From contig JBAZJR010000003.1 of NCBI GenBank assembly GCA_041651195.1, positions 12,662-76,661 of the forward strand: 64,000 nucleotides of DNA, written 5' to 3'. The stretch is from Patescibacteria group bacterium. GTDB taxonomy: Bacteria > Patescibacteriota > Patescibacteriia > Patescibacteriales > UBA12465. The position numbers were made by a program, and so were the translations under genes. This document shows, piece by piece, positions 44,134-53,082 of this stretch. The notes under the pieces are model-generated. The model saw only the letters and a list, made by a program, of their open reading frames with translations, ran no database searches and was not told the DNA's origin. Position 1 is the first letter of the stretch; each line of letters starts with the position of its first letter.

Positions 44134-45345
44134 ATGATTATCGGCATTGACGCCTCGCGCGCTAATTTAGTCCATAAGACCGGTACGGAATGGTACTCTT
44201 TTTATCTGATTAAGAATCTAGCGGTTTTGGATCGCGCCAATCAATATTATTTATACGTGAATAAGCCGGCTCGGCCGGAATTATTGGAAATCATCAAGGA
44301 TAATCCTAATTTTTCGATCAGGCTCTTACATTGGCCTTTCGTCTATTTTTGGACTCTGGGCCGTCTGACCTGGGAGATGTTCTGGCGCCGGCCCGATGTC
44401 TTATTCATCCCGGCGCACGCCCTCCCCTTATTTGGTCCGCGGAAAACTATCAATACTATCCATGACATCGCCTTCCGGCGCGAACAGAACCTTTATCGCT
44501 CAGTCAAAGTCAAGACGGATTTTACCAGCTCCCGCCAGCTGATCAATCTCCTGGTGAAGCTGATGACGCTCGGTAAATATCGCTCCGAGTCAGTCGACTA
44601 CCTCCATTGGTCGACTAGTTTTGCCTTGCGGCACGCGCAGAAGATCATCGCCGTTTCGGAATTCACCAAACGGGAAATCCTAGACTTATATCCGCGGACG
44701 CCAGCCGATCAGATCGCGGTTATCCATAACGGTTATAATGATGAACGGTATCGCTTGCTAGAATCGCCCGATCGGACGCGGGAAGTTTTGGAAAAATATG
44801 ATCTGGCCGCGCCTTATCTCCTCTATGTCGGACGTTTAGAAAAGAAGAAGAATATCCCGGCTTTGGTTGAAGCCTTCGCGCTGTTCAAGGAAGAGCATCC
44901 GGACCAGGCCGTCAAATTGCTTTTAATCGGTGATGCCGGCTATGGTTACGATGAAGTCAAGTATATTATCCAGGAATTTGATTTGAATCGGCAGATCTAT
45001 TTGCCGGGCTGGGTAGAAGAAGAAGACCTGCCGTATATTTTTAATGCCGCCCAAGCCTTTATTTTCCCTTCCAAGCATGAAGGCTTCGGTATTCCAGTCT
45101 TGCAAGCCCTGGCCTGCGGCGCGCCGGCCGCGGTTTCCGATATACCGGTCTTGCGCGAAGTAGCCGCGGATGCCGCCCTCTATTTCAATCAGAACGACAC
45201 CCGGGCGATAGCGGCGGCGATAGATAAGATTTTGAACGATGAAGATTTGCGCCAAGCTCTGCGCGCCAAAGGTCTGGCGCGGGTAGAGGAATTCAGCTGG
45301 CGCCGGTGCGCCCAAGAAACCTTGAAGCTGATAGAAAGCCTGTGA
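44134..45345 (+). CDS. glycosyltransferase, GT4 family
   Basis: 403 aa. …LLYVGRLEKKKNIPALVEAF…FIFPSKHEGFGIPVLQALACGAPAAVSD. Confidence 0.8.
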   Translation: MIIGIDASRANLVHKTGTEWYSFYLIKNLAVLDRANQYYLYVNKPARPELLEIIKDNPNFSIRLLHWPFVYFWTLGRLTWEMFWRRPDVLFIPAHALPLFGPRKTINTIHDIAFRREQNLYRSVKVKTDFTSSRQLINLLVKLMTLGKYRSESVDYLHWSTSFALRHAQKIIAVSEFTKREILDLYPRTPADQIAVIHNGYNDERYRLLESPDRTREVLEKYDLAAPYLLYVGRLEKKKNIPALVEAFALFKEEHPDQAVKLLLIGDAGYGYDEVKYIIQEFDLNRQIYLPGWVEEEDLPYIFNAAQAFIFPSKHEGFGIPVLQALACGAPAAVSDIPVLREVAADAALYFNQNDTRAIAAAIDKILNDEDLRQALRAKGLARVEEFSWRRCAQETLKLIESL

Positions 45346-45404
45346 TCAGGCGGGAAAAATATATTTTGAAAAACCGGGACGATGTGTTAAGATGAAGATG
45401 TTAT

Positions 45405-47429
45405 ATGTCTAAATTGGTAACATCTTTTTTTATTTTATCGCTCTTTATAGTTGAGCCGGTTTTGGCTAGCATTACGCCGAATGACCCTTATTATGGCCAC
45501 CAATGGTACCTGGCGAAGATCAAGGCGGATAGCGCCTGGGAAAAGGTTTCCGCCAGTCCGGATATCGTGATCGCCGTGATCGATTCCGGTATTGAGATCG
45601 AACATCCGGATTTACAGGATAATATCTGGCGGAATCAGGCGGAGCAGACGGGGAATGGGCGCGATGATGATCAGAACGGTTTTATCGACGATCTTAATGG
45701 TTGGGATTTCGTGAATAATGTTCCTGATCCCGCGCCGAAATTTATGGCCGGTTGGACCGAGTCCGGCGTTTCGCACGGCACGATGGTGGCGGGAGTGATC
45801 GCCGCCAGCGGCAATAACCGGGAGGGGACAGTCGGCGTAACTTGGCGGGCGCGGATCATGGCGCTCAAAGCCTTGAATGATAAGGGCGAGGGGAAGATCA
45901 GCGATGTCATCCGGGCGATCGATTATGCCGTGAATAACGGCGCGGATATCATCAACCTTAGTTTTGTCTCTTTCAGTTACAGCGACGCCTTGCAAGAAGC
46001 GATTCGCCGGGCGCGCACGGCTGGCGTTTTGATCGTCGCGGCGGCCGGCAACGAACAGTCTGCGGGCGAAGGCTATAATATTGATCAAACCCCTGTCTAC
46101 CCGGCTTGTTACGACGGCACGCTCGGCGATAATATGGTCATCGGCGTAGCTGCCACCGATGCTTTAGACCAGAAAGCGCGTTTCTCGAGCTATGGCTCCC
46201 GTTGTGTCGATCTGACTGCTCCGGGAATCAGTTTTTTTAATACTGTGACGCCAGGCAGCGTTGCCGGCGACCCGAATCGGATCTATGACGGATATTGGTC
46301 AGGCACTTCTATGGCCGCGCCGCTCGTTTCGGCCGCTCTCGCTTTGATCAAACAGGCTAATCCGGAATTAAGCGCGCGGGAAATCATCAATATCCTTTTC
46401 CTTTCTACGGATAATATAACTAAGCTTAATCCGGATTATCCGGGCGGCTTGGGTAATGGCCGCTTGAACGTCAATCGGGCGGTCGAGCTCGCCAAGGAAA
46501 AGCTTTTCAGCCGTTTGGGCCGCTTGGTGGTGATGCCGGTTAGTGGCAGTAAAGAGCCGAAGCTAACCGCCGCTAACGGCGATTTAGTCAGTCCCTTGGC
46601 TCGGCTTAATTTCAAGAGCGGCTCTATCGCGTCCGGGGATATCAGCGGGGATGAGATAGCGGAATTAGTCCTAGGGGCGGCCAGCGGCGGCGAGCCCCAG
46701 GTCAGGGTTTATAATACTAATGGCAAACTTTTGAAACAATTTTTGGTTTTTGATAAAAAGTTTCGCGGCGGAGTCAATGTCGCGGTCGGCGATCTCAATG
46801 GCGATGAAAAATCAGAAATCATCGCGGCCGCCGCTTCCCAGGGCAACGGCCAAGTCAAAGTTTTTGACGCTAACGGGAAATTAATCAGGCAATTTAACGT
46901 AGATAATAATAAATATTGGCGCGGCGGCTTGAATCTGGCGGTCGGCAACATCGACGGCCGGACTGTCCCGGAAATAATCGTCGCTTATGGCGCGGGCCAG
47001 GAGCCTTGGATTAAGGTTTATACGGCGGGCGGCAAATTAGCACATTCCTTCCTGGCCTATGAAAAAAAATTCCGGGGAGGGGTGAAAGTCGCGGCTGCAA
47101 CCCTAAATGGCCGCGCCGACCACGATAAGGCGCAGATTATCGCGGCGCCCGGCGCCGGCCGTGATCCGCAGATCAAGATCTTTAACGGCCAGGGGCAGAT
47201 GCAGTCCCAGTTTCTAGCTTACGGGCGCAATTGGCGCGGCGGGATCAACCTGGCGGTTGGCGATTTGAATAATGACGGTATCGCGGAGATCGCGACCGGC
47301 GCTCAGCCTGGCGCGGCGCCGCATGTCCGAGTTTTCGACGGCCGCGGCGGCCTCCTAGAATCTTTTTACGCCTGGGAAGAAGGCTTTAAAGGCGGCGCGA
47401 ATATTGGTATAATAAAGATAAATAATTAA
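45405..47429 (+). CDS. secreted subtilisin-like serine protease (S8) fused to a C-terminal FG-GAP/VCBS repeat propeller
   Basis: Signal peptide. Catalytic triad contexts VAVIDSGIEIEHPDL (Asp), SHGTMVAGVIAA (His), SGTSMAAPLVSAA (Ser). After about residue 400 there are five or six repeats of …GD(L/I)(N/S)GD..(A/S)EI(I/V)..A…G.P.V(K/R)V(F/Y)…G.L…F. Confidence 0.85.
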   Translation: MSKLVTSFFILSLFIVEPVLASITPNDPYYGHQWYLAKIKADSAWEKVSASPDIVIAVIDSGIEIEHPDLQDNIWRNQAEQTGNGRDDDQNGFIDDLNGWDFVNNVPDPAPKFMAGWTESGVSHGTMVAGVIAASGNNREGTVGVTWRARIMALKALNDKGEGKISDVIRAIDYAVNNGADIINLSFVSFSYSDALQEAIRRARTAGVLIVAAAGNEQSAGEGYNIDQTPVYPACYDGTLGDNMVIGVAATDALDQKARFSSYGSRCVDLTAPGISFFNTVTPGSVAGDPNRIYDGYWSGTSMAAPLVSAALALIKQANPELSAREIINILFLSTDNITKLNPDYPGGLGNGRLNVNRAVELAKEKLFSRLGRLVVMPVSGSKEPKLTAANGDLVSPLARLNFKSGSIASGDISGDEIAELVLGAASGGEPQVRVYNTNGKLLKQFLVFDKKFRGGVNVAVGDLNGDEKSEIIAAAASQGNGQVKVFDANGKLIRQFNVDNNKYWRGGLNLAVGNIDGRTVPEIIVAYGAGQEPWIKVYTAGGKLAHSFLAYEKKFRGGVKVAAATLNGRADHDKAQIIAAPGAGRDPQIKIFNGQGQMQSQFLAYGRNWRGGINLAVGDLNNDGIAEIATGAQPGAAPHVRVFDGRGGLLESFYAWEEGFKGGANIGIIKINN

Positions 47430-47441
47430 GTCTCCATCAAT

Positions 47442-48464
47442 ATGCCTAAACAAGTAATTTTTGATAAGAAGAATATCCTCGTGGCCGGCGCCGCCGGTTT
47501 TATCGGTTCCCATCTTTGCGACGAATTAGTGAAGGATAATAAGGTCATCGCGGTGGATGATTTCGTCTCTGGTAGCGAGCGCAATATCGACCATCTTTTA
47601 GCCAATCCGAATTTTGTCTTTATCAATCACGACCTTTCACGGCCCTTGGATCTGGAGCAGGTGGAGGATCTGCAGAAATTCAAGGTGGAATTCCAGGGCG
47701 TCCAGGAAATCTATAATCTGGCTTGCCCGATGTCTCCGAAACGGTTCTTGGAAAATCGTCTGGCGACGCTTCTCGCTAATTCTTATGTCGTCAAGAATCT
47801 CTTGGATCTGTCAGTCAAATATAACGCCCGTTTCCTGCAATTTTCTTCTTCCGTGGTCTATGGCTCGCGGAATAATGACGATCCGGCGCGCAAAGCCCAG
47901 GAAAGCGATTTGGGTCTAGTCGATCAATTATCCGAGCGCGCTTGCTATGATGAAGGGAAGCGTTACGCGGAAACCATGGTCGGCACCTATCGTTCGCTCT
48001 ATAATGTCGATGCCCGGATCATCCGCCTCTTCCGGATCTATGGGCCGCGCATGGAGGCTGATGACGGCCAGATGATCCCGGATTTCATCTATAGCGCCCT
48101 AGACAACCAGGACATCGTCATTAACGGCGATCAGGATTTTTCTTCCTCTTTCTGCTATATCAGCGACGCGATCGACGCGGTGATCCGCATGATGGCCTCA
48201 GAGCAGGCTGGGCCGCTCAATATCGGATCGGATGTCGATATCAATCTGACCGAGCTCGTGCAGCTGATCATCAAGGAAACAGGCTCTCAGTCTAAGATAA
48301 CCTATGCTGATCGGGAATTATTTATCAGTGAGCTAACCTTGCCCGATATCCGCCTAGCGAAAGAAGAGTTGGGCTGGATGCCGGTCGTGACCCTGGAAAA
48401 CGGCTTGAAAAAGACTATCTTCGACCTGAAGGCCGGCAAGAGATTGCATGGCTTAGGAGATTAG
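47442..48464 (+). CDS. NAD-dependent epimerase/dehydratase, UDP-glucuronate decarboxylase (UXS)-like
   Basis: NILVAGAAGFIGSHLCDELV…VDDFVSGSERNIDHLLANPNFVFINHDL…CYDEGKRYAETM (YxxxK). Confidence 0.75.
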   Translation: MPKQVIFDKKNILVAGAAGFIGSHLCDELVKDNKVIAVDDFVSGSERNIDHLLANPNFVFINHDLSRPLDLEQVEDLQKFKVEFQGVQEIYNLACPMSPKRFLENRLATLLANSYVVKNLLDLSVKYNARFLQFSSSVVYGSRNNDDPARKAQESDLGLVDQLSERACYDEGKRYAETMVGTYRSLYNVDARIIRLFRIYGPRMEADDGQMIPDFIYSALDNQDIVINGDQDFSSSFCYISDAIDAVIRMMASEQAGPLNIGSDVDINLTELVQLIIKETGSQSKITYADRELFISELTLPDIRLAKEELGWMPVVTLENGLKKTIFDLKAGKRLHGLGD

Positions 48465-48499
48465 AGTCTATATTTTATTAAATTTTAGCATAAAATAAG

Positions 48500-48535
48500 A
48501 ATACCGTTGACAAATAGTATTATCAATGGTATTTT
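48500..48535 (+). promoter_or_regulatory. promoter candidate (TTGACA-17 nt-TATTTT) embedded in an 11-bp-arm inverted repeat AATACCGTTGA-N12-TCAATGGTATT (putative operator)
   Basis: Arms at 48500-48510 and 48523-48533 are complementary at 10 of 11 positions. -35 at 48507-48512 and -10 at 48530-48535. Located upstream of the gene at 48608. Confidence 0.4.
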
Positions 48536-48607
48536 ATATTTAATTAATAAATCAATTTATTAACTAATAAAAGAACTTTTACAACTCATAACAGAGGAGA
48601 AACAGAG

Positions 48608-49774
48608 ATGAACGAATTGTTCAAGAAAATCGATCAGCAGATTGACGTCTTAATAGACGATCAGATTAGCGACATCAACGGCGAAATTGAAACACTGTTT
48701 GACAAGAAATTATCCCGCCAGAACGAAGTAAGATTCGGCGTAGTCGTCGGAGAAATGATTATCAATGAAAATGCGCCAGCCTTTGAAGAATTGCAAGAAA
48801 TCCAAAGCAAGATTAATAACGCTAAAAATCGTCTGGCAAGGGCCGAAAATCTCAGGACAGCTAAAGCCGCCAATCGATTCGCCGCTCAATTCCAAGAGCT
48901 CCCGGTATTAGGTGTTTTACCAAAACCGCTTTGGTATGAACTCTGCCATAAATATGGCTTATATTGTTTTGAACATATTTCGGCGGAAGGTAAGACGGGC
49001 GTTGCTGACAGAACCACGGCCTTATTACTGAGCTTTAGTCTGTTATTCTTGATCCTGCCCGCGATCATCGCTTTTTCGCTGATCCCGCTCCCTGTCTTCC
49101 AGCTGGTTTCCGGTATAGTAATAGTAGTTATGGCTTGGAGTATGTTTATGGGAGTTTTAAAGATGCCCCCAGAAGGCGGAAAATTCAAAAATACAGCCAA
49201 TGAACTGTTTGTTGATATCACCAAGACCATATTTATGTTTTCATTTTTTGTCGGTCTTTTTGCTTTTCCTAATTCTTTTGTCAGCGTATCTCCTAGCAAC
49301 CTGTTTTCACTAGACTCATTATGGGGACTGCTCAGCCTCTTTGGCGGAATAATCGCAGCGGTTGTCATATTTTTGGTCGAAACCTATCTATTTATTTCAT
49401 TGACCAGTCTATTGCATAAACTTCCCAGCCGTCTATTAGTAAAGATATTGTGGCCGGCCGGAATAGACTATAAACCGGCGAAAGATGAGACTCCGGTCAG
49501 CGTAAAATTCAAATTTCAAGCTTCGGAAATATTTATCTCCACGCTATGCCGGTTAAAAGAATTGGGAGCTTCTCCTAAGATTGCGACAGTTTCATCCGCA
49601 ATCGACATTAACAAAAGAGAGGCGGCTCTCTCTATCTTAAGTTCGGTAGACCCTATACTCTATACTATTGACGGTGATTTTGTCATAGTGCATGAACAGT
49701 GCGGCGAGTTCGCCGCCGAACAAGATATAATGAAATGGGTTAAAAAAAATGCCTGGAAATTCTCAGGTATTTAA
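48608..49774 (+). CDS. hypothetical membrane protein (N-terminal coiled-coil, about four TM helices, C-terminal soluble domain)
   Basis: 388 aa with no recognisable family motif. A canonical Shine-Dalgarno GAGGAG at 48594-48599 lies 8 nt before the ATG, which is unusual for this window. The gene has its own promoter and terminator and looks AT-rich. Confidence 0.55.
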   Translation: MNELFKKIDQQIDVLIDDQISDINGEIETLFDKKLSRQNEVRFGVVVGEMIINENAPAFEELQEIQSKINNAKNRLARAENLRTAKAANRFAAQFQELPVLGVLPKPLWYELCHKYGLYCFEHISAEGKTGVADRTTALLLSFSLLFLILPAIIAFSLIPLPVFQLVSGIVIVVMAWSMFMGVLKMPPEGGKFKNTANELFVDITKTIFMFSFFVGLFAFPNSFVSVSPSNLFSLDSLWGLLSLFGGIIAAVVIFLVETYLFISLTSLLHKLPSRLLVKILWPAGIDYKPAKDETPVSVKFKFQASEIFISTLCRLKELGASPKIATVSSAIDINKREAALSILSSVDPILYTIDGDFVIVHEQCGEFAAEQDIMKWVKKNAWKFSGI

Positions 49775-49797
49775 TCAGCCATTTATAATTAGTCAAA

Positions 49798-49827
49798 AGC
49801 GCCAAGCCATAAGAGCTGGCGTTTTTT
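49798..49827 (+). terminator. rho-independent terminator after the 388-aa gene
   Basis: aGCGCCAaGCcataagaGCTGGCGtttttt: an 8-bp stem with one bulge, a 7-nt loop and a T6 tail. Confidence 0.65.
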
Positions 49828-49833
49828 ATTATG

Positions 49834-50937
49834 TCAACCCGTCGCTACTTCGATCTTTTGTCGCAAATCCGAGGCGTCTCCTGGCGCGAACAATCTATCC
49901 ATCGGGCCGATAATTTCCGGAATGCCGCCGATCTCGGCGGCGATGATCGGTAAATTGACGGCGTGAGCTTCGTAAATGACGGTCGGCGAATTTTCATAGC
50001 ATAAAGAGGGAACGATCAGGCAATCGCTGGCGCGCATTATTTCTTGGACGGCGCGGCTGTCCAGGCGCCCTAGGAATTCTATCCGTCTATCAGTGGCGGC
50101 CTGGCGACGCGCTTCAGCCGCCTGCTGGCCGTCGCCGATAATCCGTAATTTCAAGGTTGGATCATTGATTTTCTGGAAAGCCTCTAAGAGTAAAAAAATG
50201 CCTTTATGCGTTTCTAATTGTCCGACAAAAAGAAAATCTTTGGCGCTATCCTTAGCCAGTGGCTGCTTATCAAGCAGAGTTTGTCCGCCTGGCTGGGCAG
50301 TTCCTTTTGATTTTAAGGGTTTTATTTCAAGCGGCCTGATTTCTATCTTAGAATCCCGGAAGAATCTGTGTTCTCGGTGTAGCTCTAAGAGCCAGCGGGA
50401 GGGAGAAATTATCTTGGTCGGCGAAGCGAATAAAGCGCGGGTCAACGCCTGGTAAATCCGCGCATTAAAACTAGCGATGTTTTTTTCTTGTCCCCAGAAG
50501 AGAAGTCCGGACGGGTGGAGCAATTGGATGTCGTGCAAGAAATGTTCGTGGTGGGTAGCTAAGCGGCGCAAAGCGAGCGGCGCTAAGAATCCCAAACCCA
50601 TCAGGTTATGGGTGACGACTATGTCCGGTCTTTCGGCTTGCAATATCTTCTTGATTTGTCGGTATTTACGGATAGAAAAGATATGTCCGATCTGCCAGAA
50701 GACTCGGTAGAGCCGGGAAGATTCGCCTAGGTTGGAGAACCGAGAAGCCAGATAATATATTCTAAGACCATTTTTTTCTGTCGTCATCAGCGGTTTCGCA
50801 GAGAGCCGCGGTTTTGTCGTGATCAAGAACACCGATTGGCCGGCGGCCAGCGCTTCTTCGGCCATCTGTTCGGCCACCGTCTCCGCTCCGCCGCGGGCGA
50901 ACTCGTCGTAGAGGTTGTGCAATAAGCCGATCTTCAT
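49834..50937 (-). CDS. glycosyltransferase, GT4 family
   Basis: 367 aa. MKIGLLHNLYDEFARGGAETV… and …LIVPSLCYENSPTVIYEAHAVNLPIIAAEIGGIPE. Confidence 0.75.
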   Translation of the reverse strand: MKIGLLHNLYDEFARGGAETVAEQMAEEALAAGQSVFLITTKPRLSAKPLMTTEKNGLRIYYLASRFSNLGESSRLYRVFWQIGHIFSIRKYRQIKKILQAERPDIVVTHNLMGLGFLAPLALRRLATHHEHFLHDIQLLHPSGLLFWGQEKNIASFNARIYQALTRALFASPTKIISPSRWLLELHREHRFFRDSKIEIRPLEIKPLKSKGTAQPGGQTLLDKQPLAKDSAKDFLFVGQLETHKGIFLLLEAFQKINDPTLKLRIIGDGQQAAEARRQAATDRRIEFLGRLDSRAVQEIMRASDCLIVPSLCYENSPTVIYEAHAVNLPIIAAEIGGIPEIIGPMDRLFAPGDASDLRQKIEVATG

Positions 50938-52061
50938 AGGAATAATTCTTCTAATTTCTTTTTCATCGTCTTGATATCATATTTAGCCATGGCCAGGCGC
51001 CGCGCCGCCAGTGACATCGTCTGCCGTAGGCTCTCATTTTTCAAGATAAATTCTAATTTTTTCCGAAGATCCGCGACATCGTCCGGCTGGGCTAAGAGCC
51101 CTTCTTGATGATCGGTGAATACGCGGCGGACGCCGGGCAAATCCGAAGCGATGACCGGTACGCCGCAGGCTAAGGCTTCGATAAGCACGATGCCGAAAGC
51201 TTCGTTAGTGTTGATGGAGGGCAGGATCAGGAGATCGGCGTTCTGATAGGCGCGGATCAGATCGTCTTCGCTCACTTTCCCGGCAAAATTTACGCGGCCT
51301 GATAGGCCGAGCGCCGCCGCCAAGTCCTTATATTCCGTTTGTCGGTCGCCCGTGCCGATGATCGTCAGGCGCCAGGAACGCGTTGTTACGCCGGCGAGGG
51401 CGCGGAGGAGGATCGGCAACCCCTTGAAATAATGCGCCCGATCTAAGCCGCCGACGAAGAGGAGTCCGCGGCGGTCTTTCTTGATGAATCTATCGTTGAT
51501 ATAATGGATTATTTCTTGGGCCTTGGCGATGATCAGATTATCGGTCGGACGGTTCAAGGTTTTAGCTCGGAATTTATCCAGATCCAAGCCGAAGGGAATT
51601 TCTCGGAATTTTTCTGGGTGTTGGGCCTGGTATTTTTTGATTTGGCTGTTTTTAACATAGTCCAGGCTGGCGGTCACGATGAGCGTCGCCTGATTTAAGA
51701 GGGAAGTCCTGAGGCAGCGGCTCGGCCAGCTGAGGATCTGCGCGAGCCAGCCGAGGTTCTTGACGTCCATGTGGTAATGGATGATCAGCTTGGGGTGTCC
51801 GCCCAAGAGCTTGAATAACCAGATTATTTCCGCTGTCCCGAAAAAAGGATAATGGAGATAGATATAATCAAAAGACCGTAAGCGCCAGAGGAGTTGCGGT
51901 AAAAAAGCGCCGTGGCCGTACTGGAGCCACGGTTTCAGGGTCGTCGGAGTAAAATTCGTCACTGTATGCTGTGCCGATAGCAATTGGCCGATTTGATAAG
52001 CGCTGCCGGCGATGCCACCGGCGTAAGGCGGCCAGGCGCAGACGACTTGAGCGATTTTCAT
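50934..52061 (-). CDS. glycosyltransferase, GT4 family
   Basis: 375 aa. …LLILPSINTNEAFGIVLIEALACGVPVIASDLPGV. 4-nt overlap with the downstream GT4 gene. Confidence 0.8.
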   Translation of the reverse strand: MKIAQVVCAWPPYAGGIAGSAYQIGQLLSAQHTVTNFTPTTLKPWLQYGHGAFLPQLLWRLRSFDYIYLHYPFFGTAEIIWLFKLLGGHPKLIIHYHMDVKNLGWLAQILSWPSRCLRTSLLNQATLIVTASLDYVKNSQIKKYQAQHPEKFREIPFGLDLDKFRAKTLNRPTDNLIIAKAQEIIHYINDRFIKKDRRGLLFVGGLDRAHYFKGLPILLRALAGVTTRSWRLTIIGTGDRQTEYKDLAAALGLSGRVNFAGKVSEDDLIRAYQNADLLILPSINTNEAFGIVLIEALACGVPVIASDLPGVRRVFTDHQEGLLAQPDDVADLRKKLEFILKNESLRQTMSLAARRLAMAKYDIKTMKKKLEELFL

Positions 52062-52067
52062 GCTGGG

Positions 52068-52400
52068 TTATGGTTTATGATTATCTTTTAAAGTAATCTG
52101 CCGCGTTAGTTCCGTCAGGTTCCGATCCAGTTTAGCTAGATTGAGCCGCAATCGGAAAACCAGGTAGAAGATGACGAGGACGGCCAGGTAGATCAAGAAA
52201 TTTATACCGCTTAAAGAGAAGCCGAGGAATTGGAGCAGTTGGTCGATCCGCCGGATGAAGATGATCGCCGTCGCCGCGATGATCCAGAAAATCAGCCAGA
52301 GCGTAAATTCGCTGCGGTTGATCTCTTTCCGGTTCTTTTGGCTGGCTAAACGGAAGATAAAGAATAGGATGATGATGAGAGCGATAGCTTGCTGGAGCAT
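52068..52400 (-). CDS. small membrane protein, DUF2304-like (commonly paired with GT2 polyprenol-phosphate glycosyltransferases)
   Basis: 110 aa with three or four TM segments and a C-terminal amphipathic helix (LNLAKLDRNLTELTRQITL). It lies directly downstream of the GT2 gene. Confidence 0.5.
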   Translation of the reverse strand: MLQQAIALIIILFFIFRLASQKNRKEINRSEFTLWLIFWIIAATAIIFIRRIDQLLQFLGFSLSGINFLIYLAVLVIFYLVFRLRLNLAKLDRNLTELTRQITLKDNHKP

Positions 52401-52419
52401 AGGTTTGGAAATTATGGAT

Positions 52420-53082
52420 TTATTTGATGATTTTATGGATCAAGAGATCTTTGGCGATCTTGAAGCCGCCGGAAAGCCGTTGCCCGAAGTCATGGTAGAC
52501 TACGGTAATCGGCACTTCTTCTATCCGTAGCCCAGAGCGGTAAGCTTTGCTTTGGATCTCGCTGTTATGCGCCATTTCGCGGTTATCGATGCGGATCGTT
52601 TCCGCGGCTCGGCGGCTTAGGGCGCGAAAGCCGTTCTGCGGATCGCTGAGCCGGATGCCGAGCAGGAAGCGGGTGAAGAGTTGCGCGAGCGGATAGATCA
52701 GGTATCTCTTCGTGAGCGGCAGATTGCTTTTTTTGCCCAGGAAGCGGGAGCCGAAGACGATGTCCGCCCGCCCGTCAGTGATTGGCGCGGCCATGTCTTT
52801 TATTTCCGCGGCCAGGAATTGGTCATCGCCGTCAAAATGGATGATGATATCGGCGCCGTGCGCCAAGGCATAATCGTTCCCCGTCTGTAGAGCCGCCCCT
52901 TGGCCGCGATTGATCGGATGGCGCAAGACAATCGCGCCGGCTGTTCCGGCCAAGGCCGCCGTTTCATCCTGGGAAGCGTCATCGACCACAATAGTCTCCT
53001 GGACGTAAGGACGGACGCCGCTGACGACCTTAGCGATATTTCTGGCTTCGTTCCAAGCCGGTATGACGCACGTTATCTTCAT
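52420..53082 (-). CDS. glycosyltransferase family 2, polyprenol-phosphate mannosyl/glucosyl-transferase-like (DPM1/GtrB-like)
   Basis: MKITCVIPAWNEARNIAKVV…IVVDDASQDETA…HPINRGQGAALQTG…IIHFDGDDQF. Confidence 0.85.
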   Translation of the reverse strand: MKITCVIPAWNEARNIAKVVSGVRPYVQETIVVDDASQDETAALAGTAGAIVLRHPINRGQGAALQTGNDYALAHGADIIIHFDGDDQFLAAEIKDMAAPITDGRADIVFGSRFLGKKSNLPLTKRYLIYPLAQLFTRFLLGIRLSDPQNGFRALSRRAAETIRIDNREMAHNSEIQSKAYRSGLRIEEVPITVVYHDFGQRLSGGFKIAKDLLIHKIIK

